DNA of 64,000 nucleotides, from the IMG/VR virus record IMGVR_UViG_3300048587_000983, one strand, 5' to 3'. The translations under genes and the position numbers were made by a program. The notes beneath the pieces are model-generated. The model ran no database searches. It saw only the letters and a list, made by a program, of their open reading frames with translations, and was not told the DNA's origin. Shown here one piece after another: positions 9,616 through 17,633 of the stretch. The first letter of the stretch is position 1. Each line of letters begins with the position of its first letter. The DNA comes from a virus.

Positions 9616-10379
9616 TAGAGTTCCTTTCCAAAATGATCGGCCACATACTGCTCAATTTCCTTGAGCCTGGCCTTTTGAATAAGATAGTCGGCGCCTCCGG
9701 TGTCCTCGCCCTTCATCACCGCCGCCGCGAGTGCGGTGTCGTTTCCCATGCGGTCGAGGAAACCCTGGCAACCGGCTGTGAACACAGCCTCCGGGAGGGC
9801 AACAAGGCCCGCGTTGCGCGCCGACGCGGCGAGGTAGGCGCAGATCTCCGAGTCAAACTCCTGCTTCGGTCTAATCGTCCGCAGGAGCTTCAGCGTCAGT
9901 GCAGCCTCCTCAATCTCAAGAGGCTGAACAATCCCGAAATTAACGGGATTGAAGTTGAACGCGTGGCCCACCTTTTCAAAAATGTGCCAGTTCTCAAAGG
10001 GCTGATTGGTCGTCACCGTAAGCTGCAGAGCGGAGATGAGGTTTCTAAGGTCCTCGTCCGGGTCTATGCCGTGGGATTTTTGAAGCGTGGTCCAAACCGT
10101 CTCAGGCTCCCACTGCCACCACTCTCGTCCGTAGTGCTCGTTAAGGATTCCATATATGCCGAGAACCGTGACGCCGGCTTCCTTGTCGAACAGGGCTTTC
10201 ATGGTCACGCCCGAGACGAGTGCTTTTCCTAGCGCCTTGTGCGGGTCCTGAATCGAGTTCACGACGCTTTTGAAGGTTCTCAGTTTGGAGAGGTCGCGCT
10301 TCTTCTCCTCGCTCGCCGATTCGTCAGCGATCTTCTCCATGAAGTCGAGCGTATTCTTGTCAAAGCGTCCCATCACCAA
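9615..10379 (-). CDS. Hypothetical protein (254 aa)
   Basis: Long coupled ORF with phage-like composition. Confidence 0.7.
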   Translation of the reverse strand: MVMGRFDKNTLDFMEKIADESASEEKKRDLSKLRTFKSVVNSIQDPHKALGKALVSGVTMKALFDKEAGVTVLGIYGILNEHYGREWWQWEPETVWTTLQKSHGIDPDEDLRNLISALQLTVTTNQPFENWHIFEKVGHAFNFNPVNFGIVQPLEIEEAALTLKLLRTIRPKQEFDSEICAYLAASARNAGLVALPEAVFTAGCQGFLDRMGNDTALAAAVMKGEDTGGADYLIQKARLKEIEQYVADHFGKEL

Positions 10380-11439
10380 AGCTCACAATAATTTCTTTTG
10401 CGTCCATCGGAAGACTATCGAAGATCGCAACCGGATCCTTCTTCATCTCCTCGGCTATTGTGCGGCCAAAATACTCGGCGATCTTGTCGAAGCGGCTTCC
10501 GACTATGGAGCGAAGCTCCTCGTGGGTGAGCTCGCGCGAGCTTGCGAGTTTGATCCTGTAACCCGTGTAGGGGTCGGCCTGCCTGCCAAAGGTCGCAAGA
10601 AAAGGATCTGTCAGCGCCCCACCGTAGTAACGGTTGAGCTTTGCTGTCTTATCGAAGGCATGCAGGACCTGGGCGAAGTGCGAAGGTGTGAGGGAGCGTT
10701 TCATACCCGCGATTTTTTCGAGGCGCCCCCGCTGCTCGTTGTTCGATTGAAGCAGGTTCATACGGGCCGCAATATGCGCATCCACATGCGGGCTGTAATG
10801 GTCGGATGCGTACTTGGCAACCGTGCCTCCCTGCAGCCCCAGACCGAACTCCTGCGAGCGCCTTTGAATCTGGGCGGCGTATTTATGCCGAAGGTCCAGC
10901 GGTATTTTTTCGTGCTGCGCCTCAAAGAACGCGCATGCAACCTTGAGGTGGTCAGGCGTGGCGAAGGCATACTGCGCCTCGGTGTAGCTCTCCGCGATAT
11001 CGCTCACGGCAGCTATCTTTGAGAGATCGGGCTGCACAGTGCTTGCCACCTTGCTCAGCCCCCGGCTCTCGCAGAAGACGTTGGTGGACGACTCCTGGGC
11101 CAGTTTCTCGACGGCCGGCGAGGGTTCAATCCGAAACTTCCGACAGGCCTTTTTCAGATGCCAGGCGGCGATCTTTTGAGCACCCTCCGGAAGCTTGTGC
11201 GCGTTCATTTGGAAATACTGATTCGACAGCCACGTCGAGTCGTGATCAGAAACCGGGAACTTGTTAAGCTTCGATGCTGTCTTTGTAATGATCGAAAGAG
11301 CAAACGCGCGATCAGGTAGATTCGCGCGTTCCTCGGCCGACATCACGTTGATGTTGGGGCTTTTTGCGGCGAGCTTTCGGATTCCCTCGCCGAGGACATC
11401 GTCGTGGATATCAAGTACCTGATTGCTGAGCTTAATCAT
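10360..11439 (-). CDS. Putative head-associated protein with two helical repeats (DUF6582-like) and many K-[ILVT]-A motifs
   Basis: Two segments, KFPVSDHDSTWLSNQYF...AWHLKKACRKFRI and AFATPDHLKVACAFF...AAQIQRRSQEFGL, resemble a domain I recall from jumbo-phage head proteins (not verified by search). Confidence 0.5.
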   Translation of the reverse strand: MIKLSNQVLDIHDDVLGEGIRKLAAKSPNINVMSAEERANLPDRAFALSIITKTASKLNKFPVSDHDSTWLSNQYFQMNAHKLPEGAQKIAAWHLKKACRKFRIEPSPAVEKLAQESSTNVFCESRGLSKVASTVQPDLSKIAAVSDIAESYTEAQYAFATPDHLKVACAFFEAQHEKIPLDLRHKYAAQIQRRSQEFGLGLQGGTVAKYASDHYSPHVDAHIAARMNLLQSNNEQRGRLEKIAGMKRSLTPSHFAQVLHAFDKTAKLNRYYGGALTDPFLATFGRQADPYTGYRIKLASSRELTHEELRSIVGSRFDKIAEYFGRTIAEEMKKDPVAIFDSLPMDAKEIIVSFGDGTL

Positions 11440-11453
11440 GGCTGTCTCCAGGC

Positions 11454-12071
11454 TTAAATAACAGGTGGAATGGGTGGCAGAAGATCGAGAAGGTTTGCCG
11501 AGCTGGCGTCAGGAACTTCGATAAGTACCTTGATACCGGCGTCAGGAATCTTCACAAGCACCCGGCTTTCGCGGATCAGTTTTACGGAGAAGTTTCCGTA
11601 GACGTCCGTCAGAAGCTCGATATTGCCTGAGGCAATCAACGAGCCACCGGTCTTGCCAGGCACGTTCTTCGGCTGAAAGAAAACCCGCGTTTGCTGCAGG
11701 GGATCGCCGCCAATGTCCACGATGTTTCCACTCACAATACACTGGGGAGGCGCCGTTTCAAAGGATATTGGTGCCGGATCCACATCAAAGGCGCCGGAAG
11801 TGGTGTCGAACGATGGTCCCGAAAGGACGTAGCGGAGTTCGCCCAAAACATCAAAATCCTCGGCCGAAAAGCGGAGGGCATAGTAACCCAGGCCAATCTC
11901 AAGCCACTCCCCTTCTTCAAGAGAGCGCTCCGTAAAGGCCTCCTCGCCGTTCTTGCGAAGCTGAAGGGTGACGTCCTCTCGCGGCACCCCTTCGATCGGC
12001 GCGGGGCCATAGGCTCCAGTGTTGAAGAGCTGAAGCGTTATGTCCTTTTGTTTGCCGAAAAATGCTGTCAC
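11454..12071 (-). CDS. Putative virion structural protein
   Basis: 205 aa. C-terminal CIVSGNIVDIGG...TDVYGNFSVKLIR is paralogous to 1909..2748. Confidence 0.6.
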   Translation of the reverse strand: MTAFFGKQKDITLQLFNTGAYGPAPIEGVPREDVTLQLRKNGEEAFTERSLEEGEWLEIGLGYYALRFSAEDFDVLGELRYVLSGPSFDTTSGAFDVDPAPISFETAPPQCIVSGNIVDIGGDPLQQTRVFFQPKNVPGKTGGSLIASGNIELLTDVYGNFSVKLIRESRVLVKIPDAGIKVLIEVPDASSANLLDLLPPIPPVI

Positions 12072-12517
12072 CAGACTTTCTCCTCTACGAGTCTTACGAG
12101 GAAACCCGCGTAGGCCGTGGAGTCGCCGCCTGTGGCCCGGATAATCTCACCGGGTGCGATCTTTGCCGGGAAGGTCGTCGGGAAGGTCCTCGTCGGTGTT
12201 GTCAGGGCATCAGCCCGGACAAGGGAAAGAGTGACGCCGGCCTTGACGTCAGTCGCCTCGATGATGAACGCTTTTTTGGCTTTATAGAAAGCCGTAAAGA
12301 GCCCGCCTTTGATAAGCTCCGTCCATTCAACAAGACCCGCCGACACCGTCGGGTCCAGGTCGTTGGCGGCTACGAGGGTCGTTTCTGGAGCTTCCCCCGT
12401 GAATCCGGAGCCGTCCATTCGCTGGTAGACCCAGACGGGTGAGGCGGTCAGGACATTGTATCGGGAGCGCGGCCCTATAAAGGGGACATTGTTATCAGCC
12501 TTTGCCGTTACGGGCAT
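12068..12517 (-). CDS. Hypothetical protein (149 aa)
   Basis: Coupled ORF. Confidence 0.7.
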   Translation of the reverse strand: MPVTAKADNNVPFIGPRSRYNVLTASPVWVYQRMDGSGFTGEAPETTLVAANDLDPTVSAGLVEWTELIKGGLFTAFYKAKKAFIIEATDVKAGVTLSLVRADALTTPTRTFPTTFPAKIAPGEIIRATGGDSTAYAGFLVRLVEEKVW

Positions 12518-12794
12518 CGTCGTCTCTCCTGCGGATCAACGCCTCGATCTCAGCTTCGGCACTATGCTGCTGAGCTTCGGCATTGGCATTCTCGATAGGA
12601 TTTAGAGCTATCGCATTATGCCGAGTTTCTGCGTTTTTGGCACTATGGTCTTTCTGTATTTTACGGAATTTTGAGTATAAAAGAACCAGCAAAGCGCTGA
12701 AAAAGACACCTATCCAAAAACCGGCCGGGCCGCTTTGGGAGGCTGCCCTCAAAAGCTCTTCAGCCAGAAGAGGCGCTGCATCTATTGGCGACAT
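12495..12794 (-). CDS. Single-TM membrane protein
   Basis: Hydrophobic stretch GFWIGVFFSALLVLLYS followed by a charged helical tail. Confidence 0.6.
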   Translation of the reverse strand: MSPIDAAPLLAEELLRAASQSGPAGFWIGVFFSALLVLLYSKFRKIQKDHSAKNAETRHNAIALNPIENANAEAQQHSAEAEIEALIRRRDDDARNGKG

Positions 12795-13726
12795 TCAAAT
12801 TCCCCTCTCGGCTGGATCCATTGGCAGACAACGGATCGCCCTTTGACGGTTAAAAGCCTCAGCGTGTGCGTCTGACCCTGGTCGAGTTTAAAGGAGGCCT
12901 TGTTTGAAAGAGTGTAAGCCTCGTCGAAAAGGATGGCGGCAACCGAAGGGTCAGCATCCACGCGAAGCGTCTCGCCGTTGAATTCAAGTTTCGGCAAGGG
13001 CAGGGGCGTAAAGGCTTTCGAGTAAATCCAGATGTTCCAGCTGACCCGCTTCAGCTCTCCTGGCGAATCAATGAAGCCTTCGTGGACGCATCTTTTGAGG
13101 GGCTCGGGTCCGCTCACGGACCTCGCCGAAACCATGGCCTCCCCATCGTTTATCGGAACGGTGTCGTCATAGGCGTGGCCGCAGCCTCGAAAGACGGCGC
13201 CCACTGAGCCCGATATGCCATCGACGGGTACAAAAAGGTTCGTGTCGGTGCCCTCAGGGACCTTGGAGGACGCAAGGTGGAAGGGCCTTCCGTCTGAGAG
13301 GACTTTTACAAGAAGCTGCCCCTTCATCTCGTAGACAAGAGCAGCACGGTCTATCTCCGAGGGAAAGATGCTTGCCACAGTGATGTCGATCACGCAGCTT
13401 TCCCGCGCAAGCCCATCGAAGGCGATGGGGACGAGTTCGCTGCCCGCATAGCTGATGGATTTTCTAAGATGGCAAAAAGCGGAGTCCACGCGTATCGTTC
13501 CCCCAAAGTAGCCCTGCACTTTGAATTCGATCGACGAGAGGGGAGCCCCCTTTTTCAAAGCGACCTCACCAAGGCCGTGAAAGAGCTGCCCCTGGGCACG
13601 AAACTCGGCAGTGGGATAGTTGGATACGGCGGCCGAAGGGGACGGGTCCGGGTTGGGTTGGTGAACGCATCCCGGACCTCCCATGAGCAATAGAATGGCC
13701 AACGAGATTCTTTTCAAATCAATCAT
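12782..13726 (-). CDS. Putative exported protein/lipoprotein (314 aa)
   Basis: N-terminus MIDLKRISLAILLLMGGPGC: basic residues, hydrophobic core, then Cys (lipobox-like). Confidence 0.55.
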   Translation of the reverse strand: MIDLKRISLAILLLMGGPGCVHQPNPDPSPSAAVSNYPTAEFRAQGQLFHGLGEVALKKGAPLSSIEFKVQGYFGGTIRVDSAFCHLRKSISYAGSELVPIAFDGLARESCVIDITVASIFPSEIDRAALVYEMKGQLLVKVLSDGRPFHLASSKVPEGTDTNLFVPVDGISGSVGAVFRGCGHAYDDTVPINDGEAMVSARSVSGPEPLKRCVHEGFIDSPGELKRVSWNIWIYSKAFTPLPLPKLEFNGETLRVDADPSVAAILFDEAYTLSNKASFKLDQGQTHTLRLLTVKGRSVVCQWIQPRGEFECRQ

Positions 13727-13745
13727 AGCGCAGTTCCTCCGAATG

Positions 13746-13772
13746 AAAAAAGCCCCCGCAAAAAGCAGGGGC
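13746..13772 (-). terminator. Rho-independent terminator
   Basis: Minus strand GCCCCTGC-TTTTT-GCGGGGGC followed by TTTTTT, about 30 nt after the stop of 13805..14134. Confidence 0.75.
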
Positions 13773-13804
13773 CCGCGACTGACACTATCGACGGTTCCTG
13801 GCCG

Positions 13805-14134
13805 TTAGGCCGGATTCGCAACAGGAGTTGCAGGGGTATCTTTTTTGATGACGTCCACGAACTTCGGAATGTAGGCCAGCTGCACCGTGACGAGCTCGAG
13901 AGCTTCATTGACGTCGAGGTCCGAGATCTCTCCCGAGATCGAGCTCCAGCCCTCGTAGGCTGCGGCGAGTTGGGCTTTGAAAGTCTCATCTTCGCTCAGC
14001 TTCTTCCAGATTTGCATGACGTCCTGGAACTGTGCTCCATCGGCAAAAAGCTGCACCATCGTGAGACCCACCTCGTTGATGGCGATCATGGCATCTTTTG
14101 TTTCCTGAATTCCGGCTTTGATGGGTGTGTTCAT
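13805..14134 (-). CDS. Hypothetical protein (109 aa)
   Basis: ORF with SD (GGAGA) and a downstream terminator. Confidence 0.7.
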   Translation of the reverse strand: MNTPIKAGIQETKDAMIAINEVGLTMVQLFADGAQFQDVMQIWKKLSEDETFKAQLAAAYEGWSSISGEISDLDVNEALELVTVQLAYIPKFVDVIKKDTPATPVANPA

Positions 14135-14149
14135 CCAGTATCTCCTATT

Positions 14150-14665
14150 TTAATGGTGGCTCGAAATCGGCAGAGGCTCAGGTTCAGATGAGGTTTTTTG
14201 CTCACCTTTCAATGATTTCAGGCGACTGACGAGCAACGTTGGTACAGCGAAACCCAGGGCCCGCATGTTCTCCATGATGCTGATAGCCTCGGTCGCTGCC
14301 AAAAAAGTGATCATGATCACCGACGCAAAACCCATGGGAAGGGTTTTATCGACGAGCGACGCCGTGGCGATAAGAAGAAGGTAAACGGTGCATTTGAGCG
14401 AAAAGCGGAAAAACCCGTGGCTTGAAAGCTTTCCAAACTTGTATGCTTTGAAAGCGCCCGAGATGGTGTCGATAAAAATAAGACAGGTGACCGCGGCCAG
14501 ACCCTGGGTGTTGCCTTGAAAGACCCAGTGAAAGCCAAAAGCGACGGCTGAGAGGGCTGCCTTGACCCCCGCGTGGTCACTGATTTGCACGAGCACCGTA
14601 TGAAGCTTTGTAAAGCTGAAGTGGTCAGTGTAGTCGATCTGTGTCGGGTCGCGTCCAGCTGCCAT
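14150..14665 (-). CDS. Phage holin (toxin-secretion/phage lysis holin family, TcdE-like)
   Basis: LIFIDTISG..KA...LSS.GF...KC.VY...E.ISIMEN..ALG..VP..L is the characteristic family pattern. Multiple TM segments. Confidence 0.8.
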   Translation of the reverse strand: MAAGRDPTQIDYTDHFSFTKLHTVLVQISDHAGVKAALSAVAFGFHWVFQGNTQGLAAVTCLIFIDTISGAFKAYKFGKLSSHGFFRFSLKCTVYLLLIATASLVDKTLPMGFASVIMITFLAATEAISIMENMRALGFAVPTLLVSRLKSLKGEQKTSSEPEPLPISSHH

Positions 14666-14852
14666 TTTCAGGTCCTCCGAAAAGTCAGAGGCCGTATCGG
14701 GCGGACGGAAATCCCGCTAAAGCTTTAATTTTTGCCTGGAACTTTTCATATAACCACGGCGTAGCGTGCGATTACCCAAGGGGAAATTGGGTGGCGGTAA
14801 AGTTCGTTTAAGCAAAATCACGCGAAAGCCTTAAAATTACCCAAAGGAAAGA

Positions 14853-15335
14853 TTAGCGAAGTTGCCGAGGCCTGGGCTCGATCGCCTGGGCACCCGGGCG
14901 TTCGTCCATCTGCTTTTGGACTTTGGCCGAAAGGCCCTTGGTCTCCGAGATACTGATGTTGAGAATCTGAATAATGTCCCTCAGAAGCTGCTCGATGACG
15001 GCGAGCTCTTTGCTGTTCTGCCGGACGCCTTCGGCGAGCGTTTCGATGCGGCAGGCCTGCTCGATAAGCTCGGACTTTACCCGGCCTTCAGCCTCCAGGA
15101 TGATTGTGGTTTGAGCTGAAAGCCTTGACGTCAGAAGATCCTCGATCTTTGGCAAAAGCTCACGGACGGCAAAAACCGCCTCAGGAACCTCCTGTCGAGG
15201 CTCATCCTCCACGGGTTTTCGTCTTGTTCCGGCTCGCGCAAACCCTAGGATAAGAGCCGAGACGGCCAGCAGAATGGCAAGCCCCACAAAGGCTGCGACG
15301 AGAAGCATTCGGGGTTGGTAGAGTGCAGGATCCAT
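14853..15335 (-). CDS. N-terminally membrane-anchored coiled-coil protein
   Basis: TM segment LLVAAFVGLAILLAVSALILGF followed by a heptad-rich region. Confidence 0.6.
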   Translation of the reverse strand: MDPALYQPRMLLVAAFVGLAILLAVSALILGFARAGTRRKPVEDEPRQEVPEAVFAVRELLPKIEDLLTSRLSAQTTIILEAEGRVKSELIEQACRIETLAEGVRQNSKELAVIEQLLRDIIQILNISISETKGLSAKVQKQMDERPGAQAIEPRPRQLR

Positions 15336-15430
15336 AGGGCGCCCAATAAAAAGGGCTACAGCGCCCAGGCACCGTAGCCTCGTCCAGAATTTTTACTCTA
15401 CATGGCGAAGTAGATGACTCTTCGCCCAGT

Positions 15431-15718
15431 TTAGTTGATTTTCGGCTGCTCCGCATCCTCAGATCGACGCTGAGCCTGGAGCCTTTGCTGCCGGTTGGCC
15501 TCTGCAATAAGAGCCCGCTCCGGGGAGAATTTGACGAGATAGCGATCCATAGGAAACTCGTAGCGGGTCTGATCTGCGAGAGTGAGAAAGCGGAAGGGGA
15601 TGTAGTTCGCCTGCTCGTCCTGCACAATCCCGTCGCTAATCACGCCCGAGTACGTGCGCACGCTTTGGGCGTTACTGATGTCGGTCAGCTCGATCGAATA
15701 GGATTCTGGCAATGCCAT
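15431..15718 (-). CDS. Hypothetical protein (95 aa)
   Basis: ORF on operon strand with SD (GGAG). Confidence 0.6.
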   Translation of the reverse strand: MALPESYSIELTDISNAQSVRTYSGVISDGIVQDEQANYIPFRFLTLADQTRYEFPMDRYLVKFSPERALIAEANRQQRLQAQRRSEDAEQPKIN

Positions 15719-15844
15719 GGGGGAACTCCAATCTCGTTTGTTTTTCCCACTTTGCCTTCATAAACCCCATGGATCAAGGAAAAACGCCCAGGGGATGTGC
15801 GGTCCCAGGGCGCCATGGAATCCTATTACTTTCCCTCGATTTAG

Positions 15845-16381
15845 TCAGTCTATTGTACCTTCAAAACCCACCGGCACAAAATGGAAAAAGGCGAGGTTGC
15901 AGAAGTTGCCAAGGTCAATCACATCCCGATAGTGTGGGTGGTCTGTCCCGCTGTACGCGAGAGCCTCGTTCGGCTGCAGAATGTAAGGTTCGTCGTTGAC
16001 GTAAATGGGCCAGGGGTCGCGCTGGCTCACGCAGAGGTCGATCGTATATTTGCACTGCGGGCGATCCGTGTGAAGAGGGCAGATGCCGCCCTCGCCGTAC
16101 ATGGAAAGAAACACATAGCTCGGCTTCACAGGCTCCGGAAAGATCGTCTCCGCAATACGCGCGAGATGCGGAGAATGATGGAGTCGGCGAAGAAGAGGCA
16201 GGTTATGCCAATACCAGCGATTGAACTTGCTGTGCATCTCTGCGTCTTTATCGTGGTACGGCGTACCCTCAAAAGCACGCCGGACCTCGCGTATGTGCAC
16301 GGCCAGATCGCTAAAGACAGCTTCCGGAAAAAGTTCTTTTACAACGGTCGGTCTCATCTGAATGGCTCCCCCGAAACCCAT
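15845..16381 (-). CDS. 2OG-Fe(II) oxygenase-like protein
   Basis: HTDRPQC (HxD), WPIYV, L.PNEALAYSGTD.PHYR (distal His/Arg) match the phage 2OG-Fe(II) oxygenase pattern. True start may be a little downstream. Confidence 0.75.
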   Translation of the reverse strand: MGFGGAIQMRPTVVKELFPEAVFSDLAVHIREVRRAFEGTPYHDKDAEMHSKFNRWYWHNLPLLRRLHHSPHLARIAETIFPEPVKPSYVFLSMYGEGGICPLHTDRPQCKYTIDLCVSQRDPWPIYVNDEPYILQPNEALAYSGTDHPHYRDVIDLGNFCNLAFFHFVPVGFEGTID

Positions 16382-16929
16382 GCGACAAGAGATTTGCGAA
16401 CACCCTTCGTCACGGGTTTTACACCATGGATTTCAAAACTTGGAAAAACGACGACAGTGCCCTGCTTGAATCTATGTTCGCCGCCGGCAAAGAACACAAG
16501 CTCGCCACCCTCGTAAGTTTCAGGGTCAGTGAGCATAAGGACCATGCTGAGCTTTCGCTGAGCCATCTGGTTTTTACCGAAGTCTGAGTGAAGGCGGTAG
16601 TGGGAACCCGAGTCGTCGTAAATTGTATACTGGAGCTTTTCCATGAAGCCGGTAAGCTGGAAACGATATCGGGCTTCGTTGGCGCCGCGTACGATGTAGC
16701 CAAGCTTATCGAAAAGCCAGGCTGTCTGCTCTTCAAAGCCGATCCACGAGTTCTTGGACTTGCGAGTTTCTTCGTAGATGCCGCCATCTCCCACCCTACT
16801 CTCAAGGGTTTCCAGGTGATCGCCGAGAGCAATGATTCGCTCGCATTCCTCTTTTGTAAAAGCGTCTTCAAAGAAGCAGTAGTGCTCAAAATCGGGCCGA
16901 GGCTCGTTGTGGAAGATATAAAACGTCAT
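16354..16929 (-). CDS. 2OG-Fe(II) oxygenase, prolyl 4-hydroxylase/PKHD-type
   Basis: HSD...RKLSMVLML.DP..YEGGEL...GTVVVFPSF..HGVKPVTKGVRKSLVAWVSG.PFR. Confidence 0.9.
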   Translation of the reverse strand: MTFYIFHNEPRPDFEHYCFFEDAFTKEECERIIALGDHLETLESRVGDGGIYEETRKSKNSWIGFEEQTAWLFDKLGYIVRGANEARYRFQLTGFMEKLQYTIYDDSGSHYRLHSDFGKNQMAQRKLSMVLMLTDPETYEGGELVFFAGGEHRFKQGTVVVFPSFEIHGVKPVTKGVRKSLVAWVSGEPFR

Positions 16930-16994
16930 AAAGCCTTCTGCGGCAGCGGAGCCTTGCTGCCCCGCTGCTCGTTTAACTTTTGAGATATCTCTGA

Positions 16995-17252
16995 CTATGC
17001 GATTTTAGAGACATCAAAGTCAAGGCGTTGTCGCGTGGTATTGTCGGAGAAGCAGTATTCGATATAACCCTTGGTGGGCGTCAAATCGAACTCCGGATTG
17101 TGGACTTCAAACTTCGGCGCGTTGATACCGCCTGGCCACTCGGCGGGGTTGATCGTGTCCTTGAGCCAGCCGCCTGAACGCAGAACGATGAGCTTTGAAG
17201 CCTGCTCACTCGTAAGGGAAAGCTCTTTTGCAACAATGTCCTTGACCTTCAT
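16995..17252 (-). CDS. Small hypothetical protein, paralog of 17271..17585
   Basis: Shared K.IVAK.L.....S.L..LR.GGW motif. Confidence 0.65.
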   Translation of the reverse strand: MKVKDIVAKELSLTSEQASKLIVLRSGGWLKDTINPAEWPGGINAPKFEVHNPEFDLTPTKGYIEYCFSDNTTRQRLDFDVSKIA

Positions 17253-17270
17253 TTCTGCCTCCTTTCGATA

Positions 17271-17585
17271 TTAAAGATCAAATTCGCCCGGCTCGCCCGC
17301 GGCAATCATCGCTTCGATATCGGACTGGTCGATCTCAATGTTTAAATCCCGCCCTACCGTATTTCCGGCTTTAATGGCGACGGTCGCCATGAACCTACTC
17401 GACTCCTGTGGGAACGCCGCGTCATAGGTCGCGTAATCAGGTGTGTTTTGAATTCCGTTTTGGAACGCAGGTGAATCCACGTTCGTAACCCAACCGCCAA
17501 GCCGCAGAAGGACAAGGCTCGATGCAGGCATACCAAGGACCTTCGCCACGATCTTTTTCGCCGAGAAGCCTGACAAATCCATCAT
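17271..17585 (-). CDS. Small hypothetical protein, paralog of 16995..17252
   Basis: KKIVAKVLGMPASSLVLLRLGGW vs KDIVAKELSLTSEQASKLIVLRSGGW. Confidence 0.65.
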   Translation of the reverse strand: MMDLSGFSAKKIVAKVLGMPASSLVLLRLGGWVTNVDSPAFQNGIQNTPDYATYDAAFPQESSRFMATVAIKAGNTVGRDLNIEIDQSDIEAMIAAGEPGEFDL

Positions 17586-17633
17586 AAAGACCCCTTATGC
17601 TTACTAACGTTTTAGAAACCCGTATCGAATGCA

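Noticed and set aside
12495-13726. Rz/Rz1 spanin pair
   Set aside because: Order is reversed (lipoprotein first) and the lipoprotein is 314 aa, much larger than typical o-spanins.
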